Source of the DNA: Alphaproteobacteria bacterium
Lineage (GTDB): Bacteria > Pseudomonadota > Alphaproteobacteria > MPNO01
Assembly (NCBI GenBank): GCA_965248835.1
Contig: CBDFLJ010000001.1
Coordinates: 832,001 to 896,000, forward strand
Direction of reading: 5' to 3'
DNA: 64,000 nt
This document shows positions 17,964 through 27,302 of this stretch, in pieces. The position numbers were made by a program, and so were the translations under genes. Position 1 is the stretch's first letter; each line of letters begins with the position of its first letter. The notes beneath the pieces were generated by a model that worked only from the letters and a program-made list of their open reading frames with translations, was not told the origin of the DNA and did not search any database.

Positions 17964-19562
17964 ATGAACAACGCGGATCTGATCGTCGCGACGCTGAAGG
18001 CAGCCGGGATCACCCACGGCTTCGGCATCCCCAGCGGCAACGTGCTGCCCTTCATCGAGGCGATGCGCGCCGGCGGGATGACCTTCGTGCTGACCGCGCA
18101 CGAGGGCAGCGCCGGGTTCGCCGCCGACGTGATGGGCCGCATGACGGGCCGGCCCGGGCTCGGGATCGCGACGCTTGGCCCGGGGGCGACCAACCTCGCC
18201 ACCGGGGTGGGCGATGCCTATCTCGACCGCTCGCCGATGATCGCCGTGACCTGCAACCTCAACCAGGACCAACTCGGCCGGCGCATCCAGATGCTGGTCG
18301 ATCATCACACGCTGTTCGGCCCGATCACCAAGGCGAGTCTTGCGCTCCGCCCCGGGCGGGTCGCCGAGACCACCGCGGCGGCGGTCCGGATCGCGCTGTC
18401 CGAGCCGCAGGGCCCGGTCCATCTCGACCTGCCCGAGGATGTCGCTCTGATGCAGGCGTGCGAGGCCGTGCCGGAAATCGGCGCCCCGTTGGCCGCGCCC
18501 AGCGCCGATCGAGCCGCGATCGGCGCGGCGGCCGCGCGGATCGCCGCCGCGCGGCGGCCGATCGCGGTGATCGGGACGACCGCGATGCGGCTCGCGGAAC
18601 CGGACCTGCTGCGCCGGCTGGTCGAGCATTACCGGCTGCCGTTCGCCACCACGACCATGGCCAAGGGGCTGATCGACGAGGACCATCCCCTGTCCATCGG
18701 CTGCATCGAGCGGGCTTGCCGCCAAGTCCAGCGCGCCTTCGTCGCGACGGCCGATCTGATCCTCGGCATCGGTTACGACCCGATCGAGGTCGAGTACGAG
18801 GCCTGGGCCGGGACCGTCCCGGTCGTCCATGTCGATCCCGAACCGGCCGACACCGACGGTACGGTGAGGATCGCCCACGAGGTGATCGGCGACCTCGCCG
18901 GCGCACTCGCCGGGCTGCTCGCCGCCCCGCCGACGGAGAACGAATGGACGGAGGACAGAGTCCGCGCCCATTGCGAGGGGTTCCAGGCCGCGCTGCGGCC
19001 GCAGGCGCCGGGCTTCGTGCCGCATCAGGCGATCGACGTGGTGCGCCGCGGCCTGCCGCCCGATGGCGTGCTTGCCTTCGACGTTGGTGCGCACACCCAC
19101 CAGATCGCCAGTCAGTGGGCGGCGCACGGCCCGCGCACCTTCCTGATCACCAACGGCTGGTCGTCGATGGGCTTCGGCTTGCCGGCGGCGATCGCGGCCA
19201 AGATCGCGGCGCCGGAACGGCCGGTGGTCTGCCTGATCGGCGACGGCTGCTTCCAGATGACCTGCGGCGAGGTCGCGACCGCCAAGCGCATGGGGCTGGC
19301 GCTGCCCATCGTGGTGCTCAACGACGGCTGGCTCGGCCTGATCAAGGTCAAGCAGATGCGCCGCCAGTATGCCCATGTCGGTACCGCGCTCGGCGAAGGG
19401 CCGCCGTCGACCCCGGAGCATTATTTCGGTGTCCCGGCGGTCGGCGTCCACACCCCCGAGGCGCTCGCCGCCGCACTTGCCGATGCGCTGGCAGCCTCCG
19501 GCCCGACGGTGATCGAGGCCTTCGTCTCGCCGGATCACTACGACGAGACGGTCTTCGACTGA
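17964..19562 (+). CDS. Thiamine diphosphate-dependent enzyme (acetolactate synthase-like family)
   Basis: HEGSAGFAAD, GPGATNL, GPVHLDLPEDV, SMGFGLPAAI, GDGCFQM...LND motif. Confidence 0.88.
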   Translation: MNNADLIVATLKAAGITHGFGIPSGNVLPFIEAMRAGGMTFVLTAHEGSAGFAADVMGRMTGRPGLGIATLGPGATNLATGVGDAYLDRSPMIAVTCNLNQDQLGRRIQMLVDHHTLFGPITKASLALRPGRVAETTAAAVRIALSEPQGPVHLDLPEDVALMQACEAVPEIGAPLAAPSADRAAIGAAAARIAAARRPIAVIGTTAMRLAEPDLLRRLVEHYRLPFATTTMAKGLIDEDHPLSIGCIERACRQVQRAFVATADLILGIGYDPIEVEYEAWAGTVPVVHVDPEPADTDGTVRIAHEVIGDLAGALAGLLAAPPTENEWTEDRVRAHCEGFQAALRPQAPGFVPHQAIDVVRRGLPPDGVLAFDVGAHTHQIASQWAAHGPRTFLITNGWSSMGFGLPAAIAAKIAAPERPVVCLIGDGCFQMTCGEVATAKRMGLALPIVVLNDGWLGLIKVKQMRRQYAHVGTALGEGPPSTPEHYFGVPAVGVHTPEALAAALADALAASGPTVIEAFVSPDHYDETVFD

Positions 19563-19577
19563 GTGCGCGAACCGGCG

Positions 19578-20063
19578 CTACGCGGCATCCCAGGGCAGAT
19601 TGGCGCCGTAGCCGTGGCTGAGCGTCTCGACATCCTCCGGGGCGTAGACGTGGCGCGGCGGCGACTCGAAGGTGGCGTAGGGCCTGATGCGGACGACCAC
19701 CCGGCCCTCCTCGGCGGCGAGCTTGCGCAATTCTGCGCGCTGCGGCTCGGGCATCTCCTGGCCGGCCATCAGCTCACAGATCCTGATCAGGAGCTCGCCG
19801 CCGCCGTCGTCTTCGATCACCGCATCGCCGTAGACCAGCAGATAGACCGGCGGCCAGTTCTCGTCGAGCACGCAGAGCGAGACCTTCGGGTTGCGCTTGA
19901 CCGCCTTCGCCTTGGCGCGGCCGATCATGGTCGAGACCAGGATGTCATCGCCGTCCATCACGTAGTAGCAGCACGACATCGACGGCCCGTCAGCCTTGCG
20001 CGCATAGCCGAAGACCGCCGTGCGGTGTTCACGCACGAATTCCCGCCGTGCGGCGCCGTTCAT
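19578..20063 (-). CDS. Pyridoxamine 5'-phosphate oxidase-like split-barrel protein (PPOX class, flavin- or F420-binding)
   Basis: DGDDILVST..RAKAKAVKRNPKVSLCV..YLLVYGDA..RVVVRIRP pattern. Confidence 0.78.
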   Translation of the reverse strand: MNGAARREFVREHRTAVFGYARKADGPSMSCCYYVMDGDDILVSTMIGRAKAKAVKRNPKVSLCVLDENWPPVYLLVYGDAVIEDDGGGELLIRICELMAGQEMPEPQRAELRKLAAEEGRVVVRIRPYATFESPPRHVYAPEDVETLSHGYGANLPWDAA

Positions 20064-21115
20064 CCCGCTTCCTCCCCGATCCGTTCCTCGCGCCAGACGC
20101 CCAACGCCCGCTGCGCGGCCTGGTCCGAGACGCTGAACAACACCGCGTCGGTGTCTTCGGCAGCTTCGTGGCGATGGACATGCCAGCCCGGCACGACGAA
20201 GACATCGCGCTCGGCCCATTCCATCCTGGTGCCTTCGACCACCGTCGCGCCGCGCCCGGCCGCCGCGCAGTAGAGCACGCCGTCGCTCGCCCGGTAGTCG
20301 CGGCCCGCGAACCCGGCCGGCAGGAGCTGCAGGAACGCCGCCATCGTCGGGGTCGGATCGCCGCCGGTCGTCGGGTCGATGTAGCGCATCTTGTGGCCGT
20401 GGACGGGGTCGGGGCCACCGGCGCGGCGCAACGCCTCCAGGCTGGCGCGGGCCGACCGGCCGTCATAGTTGAGGACCGGGCACGCTTGGCCGTGCGCACC
20501 CTCGCCGAACGGGCGCAGGCCGCTGGCGTAGCGCGCTGCGGCGTCGCCGTCGGGGCGAACCGTCGGGTGCATCAGCCCAGGGTAGGTCTCGCGAAAAACG
20601 GTGTCCAGCGCATCGATCAGCGGCGTGTCGAGCACGTCCAGCCAGATCACCGGCTCTTCGCCGTCATTCCGGTGGTCGTGCCAAGTCCAGTGCGGCGTGA
20701 CCACGAAGTCGCCCGGCCGCATCGATGTCGGCTCGCCCTCGACGGTGGTCAGCGCACCGGTTCCTTCGATCACGAACCGGATCGCGGTCTGGCTGTGGCG
20801 ATGGCACGGCGCGATCTCGCCCGGCAGGACGAGCTGAAGCCCGGCATAGAGCGTTTGGGTCGCACGCATGGCACCGCCGAAGCCCGGATTGGCGAGCGCG
20901 AGCACCCGGCGGAAGGCGTCTTCGGCGGTGACCAGCCCGCCGGCCTCCATGATCACCGGGCGTATGTCCTGGAATGTCCACAGCGTCGGCTCTGCCGGAG
21001 ACCGCGGCCGGGACAGATCGATCCCGCGCCTTCCGACCCAGAGCGCCGCCAGATTGCGCGCAGCGATCCGGCCGTGGAAGGCGGCCTGCGGGTCGGGCTG
21101 CGGGACGCCGGACAT
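20060..21115 (-). CDS. gtdA: Gentisate 1,2-dioxygenase family bicupin
   Basis: RRVLALANPG, LYAGLQLVLPGEIAPCHRH, TPHWTWHDH, WLDVLD motifs. Confidence 0.85.
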   Translation of the reverse strand: MSGVPQPDPQAAFHGRIAARNLAALWVGRRGIDLSRPRSPAEPTLWTFQDIRPVIMEAGGLVTAEDAFRRVLALANPGFGGAMRATQTLYAGLQLVLPGEIAPCHRHSQTAIRFVIEGTGALTTVEGEPTSMRPGDFVVTPHWTWHDHRNDGEEPVIWLDVLDTPLIDALDTVFRETYPGLMHPTVRPDGDAAARYASGLRPFGEGAHGQACPVLNYDGRSARASLEALRRAGGPDPVHGHKMRYIDPTTGGDPTPTMAAFLQLLPAGFAGRDYRASDGVLYCAAAGRGATVVEGTRMEWAERDVFVVPGWHVHRHEAAEDTDAVLFSVSDQAAQRALGVWREERIGEEAG

Positions 21116-21116
21116 G

Positions 21117-22361
21117 TCAGACCACCGCCGGCATAAGGCGCGGCCGCTGGATCCGGAAGATCAGCACGGCGATGATGATCACGTTGGCGAGGTTGAAGGC
21201 GACGCCGAGGAGGAACGCCGAGACATAGGACCCCGTCATGTCGAACAGCACGCCGCCGATCCAGCTTCCGAACCCCATGGCGAGCGCGCCGAACAGGAAG
21301 ACCAGCCCGGTCCTGCTGCCGGCCTCGCGAAACGGCATGTGCTCACGGATGGCGACCGCATAGACCGGGAAGATCCCGCCGTAACCGAGCCCGAACAGGG
21401 CGGCGATCCCGTAGAGGACATAGAGCCCGTCGAACATGGTGAACGCGGCAAGGGTCGCGGCCTGGGTTCCGGAGAAGACCAGCAAAGCCTCGAGCCCGCC
21501 GATATTGTCGGCCAGCAGCCCGACGAAGACAGAACGGCTGACGAAGGCCGACATCAGCAGGACCGAGAGCATCTCGACCGCGTTGTCGATCGGGTGCCCG
21601 AGGTCGGTGATATAGGACACCAGATGGCCGAGCGGCAACGCCATGGCCACGCAACAGCCGATGATCGCAACGCAAAGGATGACCTGCAGCCTTCGCGCGC
21701 TCATGGGCGGGATCGGTTCCGGCCGCATCGGGCCCGTCTCCGGCGTGCGAACGGCAACCGACGGCGGCGGCGGCCGGCGGCGCATGATCAGGCACAGCGG
21801 AAGCAGCGTGATCAGCGCGAAAATGCCATAGCCGAACGCGGTCTGACGCCAGCCATAGGCCTGCATGAAAAATCCGAATATCGGCGGCCACAGGATGCCG
21901 GCCAGGCTCTGTCCGCCGGCGACGATGCCCACGGCCATGCCGCGGCGGCGGATATACCAGCGGGTGATGTTGGCCATCGACGGTGCCGCCAGCGCCCCGG
22001 TGCCGACGAAGCCGAACATCACCCCGTAGATGAAATAGAAATGCCAGGCAGCGCTCGCCTCGCTCATCAGCACCGCCCCGGAGCTGATCATCACCGCCGC
22101 GACCAGGGCGGGCTTGCCCATGCCGATACGGTCGAGCAGCATCCCCATCATCATCCCGCCGAACCCGGAGCCGATGAACTGGAGCGAGAAGGCGAGCGAG
22201 GGGACCGCCCGCGGCCAGCCGAATTCCTCCGCGATCGGCTTGAGGGCGACCACGATCAGGAACATCGCACCGGAGCCGCACAGCAGCGTCAGCACCGAAG
22301 CTGTCAGTACATAGACCTGTCCGGCAGGCTCCTGCGCGCGGTCCGGGGTTCGGCTTGCCAT
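21117..22361 (-). CDS. MFS transporter
   Basis: About 12 TM, GMLLDRIG, RRRGMAVGIVAGG, GLLADNIG. Confidence 0.88.
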   Translation of the reverse strand: MASRTPDRAQEPAGQVYVLTASVLTLLCGSGAMFLIVVALKPIAEEFGWPRAVPSLAFSLQFIGSGFGGMMMGMLLDRIGMGKPALVAAVMISSGAVLMSEASAAWHFYFIYGVMFGFVGTGALAAPSMANITRWYIRRRGMAVGIVAGGQSLAGILWPPIFGFFMQAYGWRQTAFGYGIFALITLLPLCLIMRRRPPPPSVAVRTPETGPMRPEPIPPMSARRLQVILCVAIIGCCVAMALPLGHLVSYITDLGHPIDNAVEMLSVLLMSAFVSRSVFVGLLADNIGGLEALLVFSGTQAATLAAFTMFDGLYVLYGIAALFGLGYGGIFPVYAVAIREHMPFREAGSRTGLVFLFGALAMGFGSWIGGVLFDMTGSYVSAFLLGVAFNLANVIIIAVLIFRIQRPRLMPAVV

Positions 22362-22536
22362 GCCGCGAAACTAGACTATCGCGGGGCCGCCGGCCAACGT
22401 CGCACGCGCCAAGCACCGGGCGGAAGCTGCCGCGAAGCGTCAAAGCCGGTCTCGCGTCGATGGTGCCGGACATCGGTTTGGCCTACGATCCGGCCGCCGG
22501 TTCGGGCGAGCCGGCCAGGCGGACCGATCAACGGGG

Positions 22537-23598
22537 ATGCCGATGCAATTCGGTATGCAGTTCTTTCCGGACGTGAAGGAGGCAGAGAAACCGGCCGCGC
22601 AGTACTTCGCGGAATCGCTTGAGCTGGTCGGGATGTGCGATGCCTACGGCTACACCCATGTCCGGATCGTCGAGCACTATTTCCATCCCTGGGGCGGGCT
22701 AAGCCCCAACCCGATCGTCTTTCTGACTGCAGCGAGCCAGCGGACCGGAACCGCGCGGATGGTGACCGGCGCGGTCCTGCCGGTGTTCAACAACCCGCTC
22801 AAGCTCGCCGGGGAGATCGGCATGCTGGATGCGATCTCCGGCGGCCGGCTCGACGTCGGGTTCGCCCGCGCCTTCCTGCCATACGAGTACGCCAATTTCG
22901 GCATCGACATGGAAGAAAGCATCGATCGGTTCGAAGAGGGAGTGGCGCAGGTCCGCCGGTTGCTGGAAGAGGAGAACGTGACCGCGGACGGCCGCTTCCA
23001 CCGCTTCGCCAACGTCACCTCGCTGCCGCGGCCGACCCAGAAGCCGCGGCCGAACTTTTATATCGCCGCGGTGGGAACCCCGGAGTCCTTCGCCCGCGCC
23101 GGCCGGCTTGGCTATGGCGTGATGGCGATCCCCGGTGTCGGCTCGACCCCGTCCGAACTCGTCCAGATCTATCGCGAGGCCTGGGCGGAAGCCGGCCATC
23201 CCGGCAAACCCGTGGTGATGCTGGCCGTCTTCATGTTCTGTCACGAGGATCGGGAAGAAGCGATCCGCATCGCCAAGCCTCGGATCGAGCGGCACTTCGC
23301 CTCGATCGTCGATGCGACCTCGGGCTATGCCGCCGGCACGCCGGCCTCGACCTACAGGAACTACGACAGGATGCACAAGAAGATGGCGGCGGAGACCTTC
23401 GAGAGCCAGGTCGCGCACATGGCCGCCTTCGTCGGCACGCCGTCCGATCTGGTCGAGCAGTTCCGCGCCTTCGATGCGGCCATGGACGGCTGCGACCACG
23501 CCTCGCTTCAGGTCAATTTCAACGACATGTCCCTCGAGGACGCCGCCCGCTCGGTCCGCCTGTTCGGCGAGACCGTGATCCCGCGCTTCTCGGCGTAA
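22537..23598 (+). CDS. Luciferase-like (LLM) flavin-dependent oxidoreductase
   Basis: VEHYFHPWGGLSPNP, LDAISGGRLDVGFAR, LPRPTQKP; start may be the ATG at 22543. Confidence 0.88.
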   Translation: MPMQFGMQFFPDVKEAEKPAAQYFAESLELVGMCDAYGYTHVRIVEHYFHPWGGLSPNPIVFLTAASQRTGTARMVTGAVLPVFNNPLKLAGEIGMLDAISGGRLDVGFARAFLPYEYANFGIDMEESIDRFEEGVAQVRRLLEEENVTADGRFHRFANVTSLPRPTQKPRPNFYIAAVGTPESFARAGRLGYGVMAIPGVGSTPSELVQIYREAWAEAGHPGKPVVMLAVFMFCHEDREEAIRIAKPRIERHFASIVDATSGYAAGTPASTYRNYDRMHKKMAAETFESQVAHMAAFVGTPSDLVEQFRAFDAAMDGCDHASLQVNFNDMSLEDAARSVRLFGETVIPRFSA

Positions 23599-23607
23599 TC
23601 GGCGGCA

Positions 23608-23973
23608 TCAGGGCAGCAGGGCGAGAATCCTTGCCTGCGCCTGCGAGCCGTCCTTGACCGGCAGCACGCCGACGACCACCGTCGCGCCGCGCGCCGGAAG
23701 CGCATCCAGGTTTGCCATGTTCTCGATCTGGTACTTGCCGGCCTTGAGCATGGCGACATGGAAGGCGAAATTCCTGGAGGCGCCGAAATCGAGGCTCAGC
23801 GTGTCGATACCGACGCCGACGATGTCGCGCAGCGCCAGTTCGTCGATCGCGGGCTTGCCTTGGATGAAATGCGAGGGCGCATCGACATGCGTACCGGTAT
23901 TCTCACCCATCTCGAACTTGTGCAGCCGATAGCCCTTGTCGTAATCGACCAGCCGGGTCTTGGTTAACGGCAC
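23608..23973 (-). pseudogene. Cyclase (kynurenine formamidase-like) family gene, N-terminally truncated with a large in-frame internal deletion
   Basis: ENTGTHVDAPSHF is followed after only ~15 aa by IVGVGIDTLSLD...H...QIENMANLDALP; the central segment typical of this family is absent. Confidence 0.78.
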
Positions 23974-23998
23974 GCCGCCCGGCCAAAGCAGGCCGCGC

Positions 23999-25315
23999 TC
24001 AGCCGGCCATCAGGGCGGGCAGCCAGGTGACCGCGCCGGGAACGGCGATCAGGAAGGCGAGAATGCCGATCTCCAGCAGAACAAAGGGGGCCACCGCGGC
24101 ATAGATGTCGCGCATGGTGGTCTCGGCCGGCGCCACGCCGCGCATGACGAACAGCAGCATCCCGAAGGGCGGCGTGGTCTGGCCGATCTCCAGTGCGAGG
24201 AGCATCAGGACTCCGAACCAGATCAGGTTGATGTGGATCAACTCGGCCAGCGGGATGAAGAACGGCAAGGTGATCAGCATGATGCTCACCGGGTCCATGA
24301 AGCAGCCCATGATCAGCATCAGGAGCATCATCGCGACCAGGAGCGAGATCGGCGTTGGGTCGATCTGCTGCATCAGCGACAACAGCCCCGTGGTCGCGCC
24401 CGAGAACGACAGGATCTGCGAGAACGTCAGCGAGGCGGCGATGATGAAATAGATCATCACCGCGAGCTTTCCGGTCTCGACCATCGCGGTCCATAGGCCC
24501 TTCCAGCTCAGCGAGCCGTAGCATGCCGCGGCGAGCACGGCCCCGATGGCGCCCAGCGAGGCCGATTCTGTCGGTGTCGCAAAGCCGACCAGGATGGAGC
24601 CGACGACGACGACGAACAGGCTGAGCAGCGGCACCACATAGATCAGCACCGGGCGCACCCGCTCCCAGACGGTCATGGCCGGCATGTCGTAGCGCGGCGC
24701 GAGCGTCGGGTTCAAGGTGCAACGGGTCATCACGTAGGTGAAGTGGACGACGGCCATGATCAGGCCGGGGATCGCGCCGGCGATCAGGATGCCGGCGATC
24801 GAGATCCCCGACAGACTGCCGAGCAGCACCGCGAGGCTCGACGGCGGGATCAGCATGGCGATCCCACCGGTGCCGAGGATCGGCCCCATGGCCATCGAGC
24901 GGTGGTAACCGCGGCGCTGCATCTCGGGCATCAAAGTGGTGCCCAGCAGCGCCGTGTTCGCCATGCTCGAGCCCGACAGCGTCGAGAACACCGTACCGCC
25001 GGCGACCGCGACCAGAGACAAGCGGCCCGGCACGCGGGCGATCAGCTTGTCGATCGCATCGATCGCGCGGATCGCGACGCCGGTATGGAACAGGATCTCG
25101 CCCATCAGGATGAACATCGCCACCGGCGCGAGCGCGAAGCGCACCAGCCCGTCGACGACATTGCGTTCGAGCTGGATCAGCCCGGCCTCGCCGCCCAGGA
25201 AAGCGAGCGCGCCGATGACGTTGGCGGCCAAAAATGCGATCGCCACCGGAACGCCGAGGAACATCGGCACCATGACCATGCCGAGCAGGAAGAGCAGCGC
25301 CCAGTACCACTCCAT
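23999..25315 (-). CDS. dctM: TRAP transporter large permease
   Basis: LSGSSMA, LIPPS, GFATPTES, EIGQTTPPFG motifs. Confidence 0.92.
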   Translation of the reverse strand: MEWYWALLFLLGMVMVPMFLGVPVAIAFLAANVIGALAFLGGEAGLIQLERNVVDGLVRFALAPVAMFILMGEILFHTGVAIRAIDAIDKLIARVPGRLSLVAVAGGTVFSTLSGSSMANTALLGTTLMPEMQRRGYHRSMAMGPILGTGGIAMLIPPSSLAVLLGSLSGISIAGILIAGAIPGLIMAVVHFTYVMTRCTLNPTLAPRYDMPAMTVWERVRPVLIYVVPLLSLFVVVVGSILVGFATPTESASLGAIGAVLAAACYGSLSWKGLWTAMVETGKLAVMIYFIIAASLTFSQILSFSGATTGLLSLMQQIDPTPISLLVAMMLLMLIMGCFMDPVSIMLITLPFFIPLAELIHINLIWFGVLMLLALEIGQTTPPFGMLLFVMRGVAPAETTMRDIYAAVAPFVLLEIGILAFLIAVPGAVTWLPALMAG

Positions 25316-25318
25316 GGC

Positions 25319-25843
25319 TCAGAACGCCTCTGGCCGCTCGCCGCGCAAGGCGGGATCGCTGTCGTGCGGGTCGAAGGAGCGGACGAACTGGCGGACCGCC
25401 TCGATCAGAAACAGCGCCATGCCGCCGGGCACCACCGCCATCGGGATCCATTCCTTGATGTCGAAGGACTTGTAGAGCGTGGAATCCTCGACATAGGCGA
25501 GATGCGTGGTGATCACGCCGTAATAGAGGATGATTGCCGCAACCGCGATGACCACCAGGTTTATGGCGATGCGGAAATATCGGCGAACGCGGCCCGGCAA
25601 GGCGGAAAGCACGAGATCGACGGTGACGTGGCGCCCGATGCTGAGGATGTAGGCCGCACCGACCATCGTCAGGGTCAACAGACCGTACTCGACGGCTTCG
25701 AGCATCCAGTAAAAGCCGGTCAAACCGAGGTTCCGCGCGAACACCTCGGCGGCCACGCCGATCGCCAGGAGGGCCACGATCACGCCGGGCACCACGCCGG
25801 TCACCACGAGCAGCCGGTCAAACAACCCGTCGGGTTTCCACAT
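25319..25843 (-). CDS. dctQ: TRAP transporter small permease
   Basis: 4 TM, GRHVTVDL motif; lies between dctP and dctM. Confidence 0.88.
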   Translation of the reverse strand: MWKPDGLFDRLLVVTGVVPGVIVALLAIGVAAEVFARNLGLTGFYWMLEAVEYGLLTLTMVGAAYILSIGRHVTVDLVLSALPGRVRRYFRIAINLVVIAVAAIILYYGVITTHLAYVEDSTLYKSFDIKEWIPMAVVPGGMALFLIEAVRQFVRSFDPHDSDPALRGERPEAF

Positions 25844-25882
25844 GGGATCGCCCCGTCCCTATCCGAGGCCGCGCGGGCCCAT

Positions 25883-25910
25883 CGGGGCCGCGCGGCCGAG
25901 GCGGCCCGAT
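25883..25910. promoter_or_regulatory. GC-rich stem-loop between dctP and dctQ (possible mRNA-stabilising hairpin)
   Basis: atcggggccgc ... gcggcccgat imperfect inverted repeat just downstream of the dctP stop. Confidence 0.4.
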
Positions 25911-25918
25911 CGACGAGG

Positions 25919-26902
25919 CTAATTGCCGATCAGGGCCCGCAGCTTCTTGCCGATCACGGGATCGCGCTTTTCGACGACATCCCATTGGGCGGTGTAGGCG
26001 AGTTCGAGAAACTTCGCGGAGTCCGCATCGGACAGCTTGAGGAGCTTCATGCCCTTCTCGGTGACGAGCCGATTGCCGATCTCGCGGTCCTTCCTGCCCA
26101 GATCCGCGGACAGCTCGGTCTCCAGGTAGAGGCCCGCCTTGGTCAGCACGCCCTGTTGCTTGGCGTTCAGGGTCTTCCATTTGTTCATGTTGACCCCGAC
26201 GACGATGATCGGGTGGTAGAAGCCCGGCACGAGCTTGTATTTCGAGACATCGAACCAGCCTTGCGACATCACCTCGGAGTCCAGGTTGGCGTAGGCGTCG
26301 ACCGCGCCGCGCTCCATGGCGGTGAAGATCTCGCGCCGCGGCATGTTGAGGGTCCGCGCGCCGAGCGCATCGAAGAACGCCTTGTAGGTGTTCGAGGTGC
26401 GCATCTTGAGGCCCTTGAAGTCGGCCAGCGACCTGATCTCCTTGTTGCTGTAAATGTGGAAGACGATGTCCCCGCCATACATCGACAGCAGATGCATGTT
26501 GGCCTGCTTGGCGAACAGGTCCTTGAAGATGTCCCAGGCGCCGTTCTCGCGCATGACCGGCGCGGTCTTGGTCGTCGGCGTGAACCCGGTGGCGAGCTTG
26601 ACCAGATTGGCCATATACGCCGGGGGCGTGCCGGCAAGGTCGAGCAGCCCGCTCTTGACGGCGTTGCCCAACTGACGCGAGGGAATCGCTTCGCGGCCGA
26701 CGACCTGCGGAATTTGCACCAGACCCTTGCCGTCGGCGTTGACCTTGGCGACGAAACTGTCGAAGGCCTGGCGGGTCAAGGACTTCTTGTTGCTGATGAA
26801 ATAGCCCGCCTTGAGATTGACCTCTTCGGCGGCGGTGACGGTGGCGGTGGCGGCATAGACGGCCCCTGCCGCTATTGCTGTGACGATAAGCGAATGTCTC
26901 AT
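25919..26902 (-). CDS. dctP: TRAP transporter substrate-binding protein DctP
   Basis: Signal peptide from ATG 26902 (MRHSLIVTAIAAGA..), DFKGLKMRT, EIFTAMERGAVD. Confidence 0.9.
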   Translation of the reverse strand: MRHSLIVTAIAAGAVYAATATVTAAEEVNLKAGYFISNKKSLTRQAFDSFVAKVNADGKGLVQIPQVVGREAIPSRQLGNAVKSGLLDLAGTPPAYMANLVKLATGFTPTTKTAPVMRENGAWDIFKDLFAKQANMHLLSMYGGDIVFHIYSNKEIRSLADFKGLKMRTSNTYKAFFDALGARTLNMPRREIFTAMERGAVDAYANLDSEVMSQGWFDVSKYKLVPGFYHPIIVVGVNMNKWKTLNAKQQGVLTKAGLYLETELSADLGRKDREIGNRLVTEKGMKLLKLSDADSAKFLELAYTAQWDVVEKRDPVIGKKLRALIGN

Positions 26903-26996
26903 TCGGTCCTCTCTTGGGGTCGTCTTTCGATTCCTCGGTGGTCGAACGGTGTCCCACGCCTCGGGTGTTGTCAATCGACCGGTGAAAACCGAGGAA

Positions 26997-27035
26997 AGAA
27001 AAACCGGTTTCCCCCGGGTTCCCTCCGGTTTTTCT
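26997..27035. terminator. Stem-loop / putative intrinsic terminator downstream of the dctP fragment
   Basis: 11-bp perfect inverted repeat agaaaaaccgg (26997-27007) / ccggtttttct (27025-27035), with T-rich flanks. Confidence 0.55.
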
Positions 27036-27044
27036 GAGATGCCG

Positions 27045-27269
27045 CTACCGGCCGATCAGGGCGCACAGCTTCTTGCCGAGCACGGGGTCGCGCTTTTCGA
27101 CGACATCCCATTGCGAGGTATAAGCAAGCTCGCCGAACGTCTTCGCGTCCGCGCCGGTCAGCGACAGCACTTTCATGCCCTTGGCGACGAGCTGCTCGCC
27201 GGCAAGGGCATCCTTGCGGCCGAGATCGCGCGAAAGCTCGTTCTCCAGGTACAGCCCGGCCTTTGTCAA
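27045..27269 (-). pseudogene. C-terminal fragment of a second, diverged DctP paralogue
   Basis: TKAGLYLENELSRDLGRKD...LAYTSQWDVVEKRDPVLGKKLCALIGR aligns with the last ~73 aa of the adjacent DctP; the N-terminal three quarters are missing. Confidence 0.88.
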
Positions 27270-27302
27270 ACGCCCGAGCTCGGCGCCTGCCGTCCGTCCG
27301 CC

